Assembly (NCBI GenBank): GCA_041671225.1
Contig: JBAZBY010000001.1
Location: forward strand, 558,940 to 622,939
Origin: Patescibacteria group bacterium
GTDB lineage: Bacteria; Patescibacteriota; Patescibacteriia; JBAZBY01
DNA length: 64,000 nt
Direction: 5' to 3'
Made by a program: the position numbers and the translations under genes. Under the pieces are notes generated by a model. The model did no database searches. It saw only the letters and a program-made list of their open reading frames with translations, and was not told the origin of the DNA. This document shows positions 1 to 9,896 of the stretch, one piece after another (the first letter of the stretch is position 1; each line of letters opens with the position of its first letter).

Positions 1-3000
1 CCCGTTCTACTATGGTGGCCTGGTAATGACGACGAACAGCCGTGTCATGGGCTTTCGCGGGTATAATTCTTCTGCATTGGAAACATACGTCGTGCCGACC
101 GCCTCCACGGCGTTCGCACCCTACGGAACATGGACGTCGGAGATCACGGATTTTGGTGCCGGCCTGTATGGCTATGGCGGATTGACCATCAACAGCACCG
201 ATGTCTCAAATGCCTCCATCACCTATCAGACGCGCACATGCAGCGATGCCGGATGCGCCGCAGATGCCAGCGACAGCCATTGGGGAAGCTGGACGGACGT
301 CACGGAGAACAGGGAGATCAGCGGCACGGATACCTACCGCGTCGCCTCCACGGTTGCGCGTTACGGGCAGATCCGCGCGGTCTTCAAATCGGATCAGGTC
401 TATACCCCGACGCTGGCAGACATCACATGGGCGTACTATGCGGATACCACCGCCCCCACCAATCCGTCCGAAGCAGACGGCTGGACCGACGCAACAAAGG
501 TCACCACGGTCACAACGGATACATGGGGAGGGGATGCAACGCCGTATTTTGAGTGGACGGTCACGGAGAATAGCGGAGGCATCGGCGTTGACGGGTCCTA
601 TGTGTATTTTGGGACCAACAGCGCATTGGATCCGGTTGATGATGCGGACGACGCGACCAATCTTGCATACAGAAGCGGCACCAATTATTACGCGGCGAAT
701 AGTTCCGGCCTTGTGTCATGGAACGTTGCAACGCAGGCAGCGTCGACGCCGACATCAGGAACGTACTACCTCAAAGTGAAGTCCAAGGACCTCAACGACA
801 ATGTCACCGCGACTGCCGCGAGCGTTTTCATATTCAAACTGGATACTGATGGCCCTACGACGCCCACGGGCGTCACGGCGTCCCCGGCAGGATACTCCTC
901 AACGGATTCATTTGCGTTCACATGGAGCGCATCTGCGGATACGGGCTCTGGCGTTGCAGAATATTGCTGGAAGACCGGTGCGGATGGCGCAGTGGATACT
1001 TGCCAGGCCGCATCTCCGCGGACGCTCTCAGGCGTCACGTCATACCAGACGCGCGGGAACACGTTGTCTATTCGCGCAAAGGATAACGCTGGGAATTATT
1101 CTTCATATGCCACGGCAACGTATTACTACGCCGGCACCCCGCCAACGGCACCACAGGGACTTGCGCCGAATCCGACCGAAGCCGTTGATACGAACGCATT
1201 TTCTTTCTCCTGGAGTTTACCGGAAACCTGTCTTGGCCAGACGCCCTGCGAGGCTGGAGATATCGTCCGGTATTGTTACACCATCAATGTGGAGCCAAGT
1301 GCCGGCACCTGCGGAACCAACCTTGGCGGAAGTGCAACGCCGAGTCCGGACGGAGGATGGACAACGAGCACGCAAACAGCAAATCGTCTGCTTCCGGGTT
1401 TTTCCGCTGCAACACAACAAGGTACGAATATCATGTACATCGTTGCTGCGGATGCGATCAATAACATCGACTATACCGCGTATATTTCCGAAGAATTCGA
1501 CTTTACCTCGAACGCGCCGGATGTCCCGACGGACATGCGCGCCGTTGACTCCTCTGACCGCGCAACACAGAAGTTCTCCGCGACCATCACCTGGAACGAA
1601 CCCGAAGATGTTGGCGCCGGCGTTGAAGAGTATGTGATCTACCGTTGCGATGCGAACAGCAGCGATTGTGATGCTCCATCGCCGACGGAAGATCCTCCGG
1701 CAAATTATGCGGCGATCGCAAGCACCTCAACGACCGGATATCTGGATGTCGGCCTTGATAATACGATCACGTACCGCTATTTCGTCCGCGCTGTCGGCCC
1801 CGGGAACGCCCCATCGGGTAATTCTGCCGTTGTTTCCATCAAGCCGGAAGGAAAATTCACTTCTGCACCATTAATGACAGGCCAGCCGACCATCACTGCC
1901 AAGGTGACCACTGCCACAATCGAGTGGTATACGCAGAATGATACGGACCAGCAGGGGCAGATCATCGAGCATCCGGCTTCATCATTTGTTGAATATGGAG
2001 AAACAGATGCATACGGGAGCGAGACCGGCACGTCCGATCTCGTCAATGAACACACTGTCACAATTTCTGGCCTTGCGCCGAATACCGACTACCATGCGAA
2101 TGCAACATGGCTTGACGTGGATGGGAACCCCGGCGAGTCCGGAGATTTCACCTTCACGACGCTTGGTGCGCCGTCAGCACCGACAAATTTGACGGTTGAT
2201 CCGGAGACCAATACGAGGAATCACTTCACATTCGCATGGGATCCGCCAACAGATGAAGGCATCGTCATTGGCGGGTATTTCTATTCGATCAATGCGATTC
2301 CCACGGAAAGCAATACCAGTTTCACCACATCAGAAAGCGTAGGGCCGATAGCCGCCGCAACCCAACAAGGGGAGAACACCCTCTATCTCATTGCTATTGA
2401 TGATTCCGGAAACGTGGATTATGACAGTTATGCAACTATCAGTTTTGAAGCACATACGACCCCGCCAAGCGCGCCGACCGATCTGTTCATCGAAGATTCA
2501 TCGAACCGTGACGCAAAGAAGTATTACACGACGTTGACGTGGACGCCGGCGGCAGTGGACATTTCCAGTGTTGCGGGCGCATTGGTTGAGGGCGAAGATG
2601 CCGTGACATATGAGATCTACCGCGCAAAGGATGACGGCGACTTTGAAGACCTTGCGACGGTGAAGACGACGGCATATCTGGATGCGGATCTTGAAGGCGG
2701 CGCGACGTACGCATATAAGATCGCGGCACTTGATTCAGCTGGGTCTGTTTCCGAGCCATCAGATACGGAAGAGATCGTGCCGACCGGGCGATTCACCACG
2801 CCACCGGAGATCACCGTTGCGCCTGATGCAGCGCCGGATTCATTCGTCGCAACGATCACATGGGAAACGGAGCGCGTCACGTCCTCACATGTTGAATTCG
2901 GGACATCCGATGATCTTGGCGATGAACAGGGAACAGCAGACCTGGTGAAGGAGCATAGCGTGGCCGTGACCGGACTCAAGCCGGAGACGAAGTATTACTA

Positions 3001-4018
3001 TCGCATCAAGTCCATAGACATTGATGAGAACGAGCAGATATCCGACATCGATTCGTTCACGACGCTGGAAGCGCCAAAGGTCTCTGACGTTGAGATCAGC
3101 GATATCAAGCTCTATGATGCGACGATAACATGGACTTCCAATAAAGAAACAACCACGGCTCTGGGATACGGCACGACAACGGATTATGGCTTTACCGTGA
3201 ATGACACGTCAGGTTCGCGTTCCTTCAACCACAGCGTCAAGCTGACGAACCTTTCCGACGGAACAGTGTATCACGTGCAATTGGGCGGTCTGGATGCCGG
3301 AGAAAATCAGGTCGCTTCTGACGACTATATCTTCACGACGCTGACATTCCCGCGCGTATTGACCTATGTCTCCGAGAACAAGGCGGAGGGCGAGACGGAA
3401 GTGCGCTGGACGACGAACGTCGCAACCACTTCTGAAGTGGAATACTACAATGAGAATATCCCATCCCGCACGCAGGGGAACAATGCGCTGGTGACGGACC
3501 ACAGCGTTCTACTGTACGGCCTTGAAGATGCCACAGAATACAAATTCGTCATCCGCGGCGAAGACCAGTTCGGCAACAAGGCGGAATCCGATGAAGGGGT
3601 ATTTCGCACATTGGAGGACACCACTCCGCCGGTCATTTCCAACGTGCAATCAGAATCCAATACCATTGGTTCTGGGGATGCGGCAAAGGTTCAGATCATC
3701 GTTTCCTGGCTCACCAACGAACCCACATCGCAGAAGGTGGAATACGGCGAAGGATTATCCGGAAACGATTTCAGCGGGGAAACGGATGAGAATGTTGAAC
3801 GCGTGCGGGATCATTTGATGGTCGTTTCGGGCCTGCAGCCGGCGAATACCTATCACTTCCGCGTCTTTTCACGGGATAAAGCGGGAAACTCCACTTATTC
3901 CAGCAGCTATTCCATCCTTACCAGCAGGTCGCGGCAATCATTCCTGCAACTGGTGATCGCCAACCTTGAAGAAACGTTCTCCTGGCTGGGGAACATGGGT
4001 ACACTTTTCAACAACTAA
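1..4018 (+). CDS. Giant secreted surface protein with many fibronectin type III-like (purple-acid-phosphatase N-terminal-like) repeats; 5' end likely truncated by the window edge (open frame continues upstream of 26)
   Basis: 1330-aa ORF; recurring ~90-aa units such as 'HTVTISGLAPNTDYHANATW', 'EHSVAVTGLKPETKYYYRIKS', 'DHLMVVSGLQPANTYHFRVFS' and 'PSAPTNLTV...FTFAWDPP' typical of FN3 folds; no stop in frame from position 2. Confidence 0.6.
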   Translation, partial: PFYYGGLVMTTNSRVMGFRGYNSSALETYVVPTASTAFAPYGTWTSEITDFGAGLYGYGGLTINSTDVSNASITYQTRTCSDAGCAADASDSHWGSWTDVTENREISGTDTYRVASTVARYGQIRAVFKSDQVYTPTLADITWAYYADTTAPTNPSEADGWTDATKVTTVTTDTWGGDATPYFEWTVTENSGGIGVDGSYVYFGTNSALDPVDDADDATNLAYRSGTNYYAANSSGLVSWNVATQAASTPTSGTYYLKVKSKDLNDNVTATAASVFIFKLDTDGPTTPTGVTASPAGYSSTDSFAFTWSASADTGSGVAEYCWKTGADGAVDTCQAASPRTLSGVTSYQTRGNTLSIRAKDNAGNYSSYATATYYYAGTPPTAPQGLAPNPTEAVDTNAFSFSWSLPETCLGQTPCEAGDIVRYCYTINVEPSAGTCGTNLGGSATPSPDGGWTTSTQTANRLLPGFSAATQQGTNIMYIVAADAINNIDYTAYISEEFDFTSNAPDVPTDMRAVDSSDRATQKFSATITWNEPEDVGAGVEEYVIYRCDANSSDCDAPSPTEDPPANYAAIASTSTTGYLDVGLDNTITYRYFVRAVGPGNAPSGNSAVVSIKPEGKFTSAPLMTGQPTITAKVTTATIEWYTQNDTDQQGQIIEHPASSFVEYGETDAYGSETGTSDLVNEHTVTISGLAPNTDYHANATWLDVDGNPGESGDFTFTTLGAPSAPTNLTVDPETNTRNHFTFAWDPPTDEGIVIGGYFYSINAIPTESNTSFTTSESVGPIAAATQQGENTLYLIAIDDSGNVDYDSYATISFEAHTTPPSAPTDLFIEDSSNRDAKKYYTTLTWTPAAVDISSVAGALVEGEDAVTYEIYRAKDDGDFEDLATVKTTAYLDADLEGGATYAYKIAALDSAGSVSEPSDTEEIVPTGRFTTPPEITVAPDAAPDSFVATITWETERVTSSHVEFGTSDDLGDEQGTADLVKEHSVAVTGLKPETKYYYRIKSIDIDENEQISDIDSFTTLEAPKVSDVEISDIKLYDATITWTSNKETTTALGYGTTTDYGFTVNDTSGSRSFNHSVKLTNLSDGTVYHVQLGGLDAGENQVASDDYIFTTLTFPRVLTYVSENKAEGETEVRWTTNVATTSEVEYYNENIPSRTQGNNALVTDHSVLLYGLEDATEYKFVIRGEDQFGNKAESDEGVFRTLEDTTPPVISNVQSESNTIGSGDAAKVQIIVSWLTNEPTSQKVEYGEGLSGNDFSGETDENVERVRDHLMVVSGLQPANTYHFRVFSRDKAGNSTYSSSYSILTSRSRQSFLQLVIANLEETFSWLGNMGTLFNN

Positions 4019-4056
4019 CCATGTTTTCCGAATGGAAAGCAGTGTAGACTATCTTT

Positions 4057-4803
4057 ATGGCAGAAAAGCCGATCATAGAGATCACGAATCTCATCAAAGA
4101 GTTTCACGTCGGCGGTGAACCGATTCGCATCTTGAAAGATGTCAGCGTGAGTATCGACCGCGGGAAGTTTGTGATCCTTTTTGGTCCGTCTGGATCCGGA
4201 AAATCAACGCTGCTCCACAGCATGCTCGGTCTTGAGAAGCCGACCAGCGGTTCGGTGCGCATCGAGGATGCGTATTTTGAGAAGATGAATCCGAATGAGA
4301 TTGCGCGTTTCCGGCTGGCAAAGATCGGCATCGTCTATCAGCGTCCGGACTGGATACGCTCCATCAATGTGATGGAGAATGTCGCCTTCCCGCTTGCCAT
4401 CAAGGGGGTTTCCCGCTCCAAACGGAATCAGAAAGCCCTGGATCTCCTGAAAAGTTTCAAATTGGAACACCGCGCATACTTCGAACCGACCGAGCTTTCC
4501 GGAGGGCAGCAGCAGAAGGTGGAGATTGCTCGCGCGCTCATCACCGACCCGAGCATCATCGTTGCAGACGAGCCCACCGGCAACCTTGATACGGAGTCCG
4601 CGGAAAATGCGATGAATCTGTTCAAACGTTTGAACGAGGAAAAGGGCATCACCATCATTATGGTCACGCATAACATGGAATATGTGAGCTATGCATCCCA
4701 GACCATCTATATGCGGGACGGAGTGATTCTTTCCGGTACCGGGCAATTCAAAACGGCAAGTACGGAACCTGAAACGAAAAATAAGGTAAAAACGACGGCA
4801 TGA
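4057..4803 (+). CDS. ABC transporter ATP-binding protein (MacB/LolD/FtsE-like)
   Basis: Walker A 'GPSGSGKSTLL', ABC signature 'LSGGQQQKVEIARAL', Walker B 'IIVADEPTGNLD'. Confidence 0.85.
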   Translation: MAEKPIIEITNLIKEFHVGGEPIRILKDVSVSIDRGKFVILFGPSGSGKSTLLHSMLGLEKPTSGSVRIEDAYFEKMNPNEIARFRLAKIGIVYQRPDWIRSINVMENVAFPLAIKGVSRSKRNQKALDLLKSFKLEHRAYFEPTELSGGQQQKVEIARALITDPSIIVADEPTGNLDTESAENAMNLFKRLNEEKGITIIMVTHNMEYVSYASQTIYMRDGVILSGTGQFKTASTEPETKNKVKTTA

Positions 4804-6017
4804 AATTCAGTTATATATCATATCTTTCATGGAACAATCTCCGATCGCATAAGTTGCGTTCGTTTCTGACCGTCGGCGGTATGTCCATCGGTATCGGCGC
4901 AATTGTGTTTCTTGTCTCGCTCGGCTTCGGACTGCAGAATATTATCGTGTCGCAGGTGACGGACGTGAATGCCATCACCGTTCTGGATGTGACGACCGGC
5001 GCCTCCACGCTGCTCGCGATCGATGACCAGATCCTCACGTCATTCCGTTCTATGGAGCACGTCGTCGGCGTGAGCCCCACGGTATCGCAATCCGGGCAGA
5101 TCATACGCGGCGAATCCGTCACCGATGCAGGCCTGTATGGCATCGATCCGCAATACATCAGCCTGGAGGGCGTTACGCCGATCTTTGGAGAGGCGTTCGG
5201 GGTGGGCGATACGGAATCCATCGTTATCAGCAACACGACCGCGCAACTCCTGGGCGTCACCAATTCCGGAGACCTCGTTGGCGAACAGGTAAATGTGCGC
5301 ATCTTGGTTCCGGTCCAGCAGACAGAACCGACGCAGGGCGAAGTTGCCGCGCAGGAAGTGGAATTTGAAAACAAGGATTTTCCCGTGACCATTTCCGGCA
5401 TCGTGAGCGACGATTTGTCCATCGCCTATGCGCCGCTCGCGATCTTTCAGGATAACGGCATCAGCAAGATCAATCTTGCCCGTGTGAAGGTTGACGCCAG
5501 AGAAAATTTATCAGCAGTTCGCGTGGCCATTGAAGCGCAGGGATTCCAGGTGGACTCCGTTGCAGATACCGTCGGCCAGATCGATCAGATATTCGTCGTC
5601 TTTCAATTCGTCATGGCCGGGTTTGGCTTGATCGCGATGTTCGTTGCATCTCTTGGCGCATTCAACACGCTTACGGTCTCTTTGCTGGAGCGCACGCGCG
5701 AAGTCGGTGTCATGAAATCCCTTGGCACGACCAGCAGGGATGTGTACACGCTGTTCATGGCTGAATCCATATTGATCGCATTTCTGGGCGGAGGGCTGGG
5801 GCTTGCTATTGGCGTTGGCGGCGGGCAGCTCGTGAATCTCCTGATCAATAACCTTGCGCGACGCTTGGGCGGGCAAGAGGTCGATCTGTTTGCCATCCCG
5901 CTGTCGTTCTTGCTCATGATCATCGGCGTCATCTTGGTCGTTGGCTTCATCACTGGGCTGTATCCTGCACGCCGTGCGGCGAAGATTAATCCACTTGATG
6001 CATTGCGATATGAATAA
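4800..6017 (+). CDS. ABC transporter permease, FtsX/MacB-like (N-terminal TM, large periplasmic domain, C-terminal 3-TM FtsX fold)
   Basis: 4-bp ATGA overlap with upstream ATPase; N-terminal TM 'FLTVGGMSIGIGAIVFLVSLGF'; C-terminal hydrophobic helices; 'INPLDALRYE' FtsX-type C terminus. Confidence 0.8.
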   Translation: MKFSYISYLSWNNLRSHKLRSFLTVGGMSIGIGAIVFLVSLGFGLQNIIVSQVTDVNAITVLDVTTGASTLLAIDDQILTSFRSMEHVVGVSPTVSQSGQIIRGESVTDAGLYGIDPQYISLEGVTPIFGEAFGVGDTESIVISNTTAQLLGVTNSGDLVGEQVNVRILVPVQQTEPTQGEVAAQEVEFENKDFPVTISGIVSDDLSIAYAPLAIFQDNGISKINLARVKVDARENLSAVRVAIEAQGFQVDSVADTVGQIDQIFVVFQFVMAGFGLIAMFVASLGAFNTLTVSLLERTREVGVMKSLGTTSRDVYTLFMAESILIAFLGGGLGLAIGVGGGQLVNLLINNLARRLGGQEVDLFAIPLSFLLMIIGVILVVGFITGLYPARRAAKINPLDALRYE

Positions 6018-6465
6018 TGACATTGATCGAAAGAATATCTCTATTTACGAGGACGATAAAACGATTCGTGAGATGTATGAGATAAAGCTGAAGAGTTCAG
6101 GATATGGCGTATACGCGCATGAGGACGCGGGCAATGTCGTTCAGGAAGTGAAGCATGAGAAGCCGGACTTGGTTCTTATGGATATTCTTATGCCAAAAGT
6201 GGACGGTCATGCCGCCATTAAGGCTCTTAAAGATGAAAAAATAACAGCAGCTGTTCCTATACTCGTTATCACGAATTTTGGGGATGATGTGACCGTGCAG
6301 AAGGCATTGTGGTTTGGCGCATATGATGTCATCGTAAAAGCTGATTACACGCCGCAACAGGTTGTTGACAGAGTGAAGGATGCGCTGGCGGGGAAACGCG
6401 CAAGCCATGTCATCAATCAGGATCTGGTGAAATTCTTTCACATCGACGAGCAGGCAAGGAAATAA
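6010..6465 (+). CDS. Single-domain response regulator (CheY-like receiver)
   Basis: 'IYEDD', phospho-acceptor context 'DLVLMDILMPKVDG', 'YDVIVKADY' lysine; start chosen at MNNDIDRK (6010), which overlaps the upstream stop. Confidence 0.75.
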   Translation: MNNDIDRKNISIYEDDKTIREMYEIKLKSSGYGVYAHEDAGNVVQEVKHEKPDLVLMDILMPKVDGHAAIKALKDEKITAAVPILVITNFGDDVTVQKALWFGAYDVIVKADYTPQQVVDRVKDALAGKRASHVINQDLVKFFHIDEQARK

Positions 6466-6480
6466 GCAGGACACTCCATT

Positions 6481-7824
6481 ATGTTCCCTAATCAGATCGC
6501 CCTCATACACTTTCTCGGTGTGACCGTTCTCGCAAGCGGCGTCATCGCCTTTTTTTATACGATCCTTGCGCAGCATCGTTTTCGCGCTCCGGTGCAAGGA
6601 TATTTTCAGCGTATGGCGATCGGCATTCTGCTCGGTGTCTATGGGTCTGTGGCGATATGGGTCTTCGATACCGTTCATGAACTCCAGAAAATAAATCTTT
6701 CCTCATATCTTGTGGATACCTGGGCCGGTCCGCTTGCCATTATTTTGGGTGTCTTCATGGTAGCTACTGCGATCCGTCACCTTCAGCATGATGCAGTTGC
6801 AAAGGAGTATCGCAGCGCAATCAGGTATTTGAACATAGGGATCCTTTGTTCCCTTGCTGCACTCATTGCCGTTGCCCTGATGCTTTTCATATCTTTCCCG
6901 ATCCTCCTCATTTTGCGGGGGTTTTTTGCGACAATGGCATTCCTTTTCTTTGCAACAGGAGCATATGGCTTCCGCCGCATCGATGTCGGCGGCAGCCTCC
7001 AACTCTTCATGCTTGTAAGTTATTTTGTGGCTGCTTCCGTCATGAGTTATCTTGGCATCCAGACCAATATGCATTTAGAACAGCGCATCATCAACTCCAA
7101 CCTGCCATTTATTGAGAATTTTGTACAGCATGAGATCGACGAGCACCTGACGAGCGCGGCCTTCGATATGCAGAATACACAGGGGGAGGAAGAAATGCAG
7201 AATTTTCTTGAAACATTCGCCGCTGATAACGTGCGGCGCGTTAATATTGTGTACAGCGATGGATATATCGCCGCCTCGGATCTCGCGCGGCTCACAGGCG
7301 CGCATCCTGCGCTCACAGAAGAGCAGCAGCGCGCTCTCTCACAGCATGAAGCGACATTGCATCTGATGACCGATCAAGAGCAGCTACCGGAATGGGATAG
7401 GGGGCTCGGCAGCCTGTATGTCGCGCGCATCCCGATCGACCTGCAGGACGGTTCCGGAGCGCGCGGGTTCGCAGAGATCGCATACAGCGCAGAAGTACCA
7501 AAGCGAACCATCCTTTCCGTACAGAACGATATTTTTTCCATCCTTGCCGTGACCGGCGTGTTGTTCTTTTTGGCCATCATAGTGCTGTTCGTCATGCTGC
7601 ACAAACAGATCTTGCATCCCCTTGCAGGTCTGTATGAACAGCTCACACGAGTTGAGAAAGCGGAATCAACTGAAGACCGCGATCTCGGGAGGCGAAGGAT
7701 TCATATGCATGCCAATAAGACGTTCGAACGTATTGCCGGCGAGTATAATCATTTCATCGAATTGCACGAGAAGCAGGTGGGAGAGCTTAAAAAGCAGATT
7801 CGGGAGAGGCATTGGAAAGGATAA
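6481..7824 (+). CDS. Polytopic membrane protein, sensor-like, with no recognisable histidine-kinase domains
   Basis: About 7 N-terminal hydrophobic helices, a soluble segment, another TM 'ILAVTGVLFFLAIIVLFVMLH', then a coiled/HAMP-like tail; no H-box or HATPase motifs seen. Confidence 0.5.
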   Translation: MFPNQIALIHFLGVTVLASGVIAFFYTILAQHRFRAPVQGYFQRMAIGILLGVYGSVAIWVFDTVHELQKINLSSYLVDTWAGPLAIILGVFMVATAIRHLQHDAVAKEYRSAIRYLNIGILCSLAALIAVALMLFISFPILLILRGFFATMAFLFFATGAYGFRRIDVGGSLQLFMLVSYFVAASVMSYLGIQTNMHLEQRIINSNLPFIENFVQHEIDEHLTSAAFDMQNTQGEEEMQNFLETFAADNVRRVNIVYSDGYIAASDLARLTGAHPALTEEQQRALSQHEATLHLMTDQEQLPEWDRGLGSLYVARIPIDLQDGSGARGFAEIAYSAEVPKRTILSVQNDIFSILAVTGVLFFLAIIVLFVMLHKQILHPLAGLYEQLTRVEKAESTEDRDLGRRRIHMHANKTFERIAGEYNHFIELHEKQVGELKKQIRERHWKG

Positions 7825-7890
7825 CCAACGTCACGCACGCAGCATCATGAAGATACGAACAAAAAGTACTTTACACTATAGAAAATAGAT

Positions 7891-8274
7891 ATGCCAAAAA
7901 CAATTCTTATTGTAGAAGACGAAGCTCCGATTCGAGAAGCATTGCAAAACCTTTTTGAAAAGGAAGGATATTCTCTTCTCACAGCGTCAGAAGGGGATGC
8001 AGCGGTTCGTATTGCACTGGAAAAACATCCAGATCTCATTTTATTGGATCTCATTATGCCAAAATTGCACGGTCTTGAGATCCTCCGCCAACTTCGCAAT
8101 GATACGTGGGGCAAGGATGTTGCAGTTTTTGTGCTTTCGAATATGGATGACAAGTCAATGCAACGAAAAGCCGCTGAGCTCGGTGTTCTGGATTATTATG
8201 TCAAAACGAATATTTCACTCGATGAGGTAATCAACAACGTGAAGAACCATTTTGCGCAAGATAGAGTGAAATAA
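7891..8274 (+). CDS. Single-domain response regulator (CheY-like receiver)
   Basis: 'ILIVEDEAPIRE', 'DLILLDLIMPKLHG', 'DYYVKT'. Confidence 0.8.
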   Translation: MPKTILIVEDEAPIREALQNLFEKEGYSLLTASEGDAAVRIALEKHPDLILLDLIMPKLHGLEILRQLRNDTWGKDVAVFVLSNMDDKSMQRKAAELGVLDYYVKTNISLDEVINNVKNHFAQDRVK

Positions 8275-8392
8275 TACTCCGAGCGTCTTTCATGTTCACT
8301 CATGCAGAGCCGGAAGGGATCGTACACAATACAAATCAAGCTCGGCGTCTAAGAGGCCGGGTAATGAAATAGGGAAGTGAATCTTTTGTTCG

Positions 8393-8883
8393 CTAGATCT
8401 TGAGTTCTCGGGCTATTTCTTCAGTGACGGGCTCTTCTTCTCTTTCAAGATCCTCAAAGAGGTAGCGCCTCAGCATATCCCGGATGCGGAGTGGGTTGGT
8501 ATCTTCCAGTGGGATGGAAAGATATGGACGCAGATTACTTTTGAAGTGAAAGAATATATTTTGTATCTTTCCGGGTTTGTAGACGATCCAGAAACGATCA
8601 ATTTCCTCAAAGCGGTATTCATCATCTCCGAGGGTGATGCCATCTTCATGCACTCCAAATTTCACTAACCTGGGATGATTACGCGCCTGCATGAAGTAGA
8701 TGATGCCTACCAAAATAAGTATCACTGCAAAGAGAAAATTGCTTGTTGCGAGGGCGATAATAAAGAGTACAACGCCTACCACGCCTAAAGCGAGCCAGCT
8801 GCCAACGCTGCGTTCGCGGTCAGGATATTCCGGAAATTCCCATCCCAAGAGTTTTTCTCCAAGTTTGCTGGTTTGTTCTGCCA
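8393..8883 (-). CDS. Hypothetical membrane protein (2 TM); shorter start at MAEQTSK preferred over the full 8393..9319 ORF
   Basis: Hydrophobic helices 'WLALGVVGVVLFIIALATSNFLFAVILILVGIIYF'; upstream part of the long ORF is low-complexity and unconvincing. Confidence 0.4.
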
Positions 8884-9022
8884 TATTTTTAGTATAGCAT
8901 GGGAAGATTGAGAGTGGTAGGATAGCTTTGACAAGGCGCGCAGCGTCTTTTATGCTGTGTATGCAGTAGCAAAGAGGGGGTTTATTTCCCCTTGTGGTTC
9001 CTTTTGCGAAGAAGGAGTGGCG

Positions 9023-9226
9023 ATGTCCAAGAAGATTGAGAAGAGGGCAGTCGCAAGACAGCTCGGCGTTCCCGAGTCTCGTCTTGCGTGGGATCATGGG
9101 GTTCTGATGCTGGATGGCGCACCCATCTCTGGTCACGCGCATACCGTGCAGCGCAAGCCTCCGCGGGAGCGAGGGAACTTCAACGTTCGGTATGCTGGTA
9201 CCGACCGGCACAACCACGGTCGCTGA
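9023..9226 (+). CDS. Small hypothetical protein (67 aa) with a strong Shine-Dalgarno
   Basis: 'gaaggagtggcg ATG' with AAGGAG 7 nt upstream of ATG at 9023; product 'MSKKIEKRAVARQLGVPESRLAWDHG...'; no family recognised. Confidence 0.25.
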   Translation: MSKKIEKRAVARQLGVPESRLAWDHGVLMLDGAPISGHAHTVQRKPPRERGNFNVRYAGTDRHNHGR

Positions 9227-9383
9227 AGCGACATTCCCTTCGATGATCGTACCCGGGGCGGCTGCTATGCTGCCCCGGTTCACTTTTTCATCTGACGGAA
9301 AGGGAAAGATTCCCGTCAATTGATCTGTGCAAATAGCACCACAGAAGTTTTTCCGTATGCTTTGTGGATAACTCCTCTAGACC

Positions 9384-9422
9384 TACTACGCAAAGTAGTA
9401 TATATTCGCAATATCGAATATG
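9384..9422. promoter_or_regulatory. Putative ArsR/SmtB-type operator: two perfect short inverted repeats immediately upstream of and overlapping the regulator start codon
   Basis: 'tactac-gcaaa-gtagta' (9384-9400) and 'atattcg-caatat-cgaatat' (9403-9420) read directly in the sequence. Confidence 0.4.
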
Positions 9423-9896
9423 TATGAAGAATTCTTTCACCTTCACGCGCAGCTTCTCAAGGCTTTAGCGCATCCGCGGAGATTAGAGATCATCCATTTA
9501 CTCAAAGAAGGTTCTGTGACAGTTGGGGGCATGCAGGAAATGCTGGGCTTGCCGCAGGCGAACTTAAGCCAGCATCTGAAGATCCTTCGCGATGCAGGAG
9601 CAGTGACGCAAGAGCGGAACGGTAAACATATCACCTATCGGCTCGCACACAAGAATTTTACCAAAGCAAGCGAAGCCATGCGGGATGTTCTTATTGAACG
9701 TTCTCAGGGGAAAAAATCGGACGAATTTACCCGACGCATGAAGGACCTGACGCCTATCGTGAAGGATCCCGTATGCGGGATGCGCGTCTCACCAAAGACA
9801 GCCGGTGCCGCGTTTGCCTATAAGGGCGTGCGATATTATTTCTGCGCGGCGGGATGCAAAACACAATTCCGCAGAAATGTGCAACGTTATGTCTGA
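9420..9896 (+). CDS. ArsR/SmtB-family metal-responsive transcriptional regulator fused to a C-terminal YHS/TRASH-type metal-binding domain
   Basis: wHTH '[47 protein letters not shown]'; C-terminal '[34 protein letters not shown]'. Confidence 0.8.
   Translation: MYEEFFHLHAQLLKALAHPRRLEIIHLLKEGSVTVGGMQEMLGLPQANLSQHLKILRDAGAVTQERNGKHITYRLAHKNFTKASEAMRDVLIERSQGKKSDEFTRRMKDLTPIVKDPVCGMRVSPKTAGAAFAYKGVRYYFCAAGCKTQFRRNVQRYV

Noticed and set aside
130-3818. Many 60-280-aa ORFs on both strands overlapping the giant FN3 protein gene (for example 201..779, 801..1637, 2617..2979)
   Set aside because: Arg/Pro/Ala-rich low-complexity translations typical of out-of-frame shadows in GC-rich coding sequence; the long FN3-repeat frame explains the region.
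8884-9319. Upstream 145 codons of the 308-aa minus-strand ORF 8393..9319
   Set aside because: Low-complexity, no start context, and antisense to a better-supported small ORF; the shorter start at 8883 was annotated instead.
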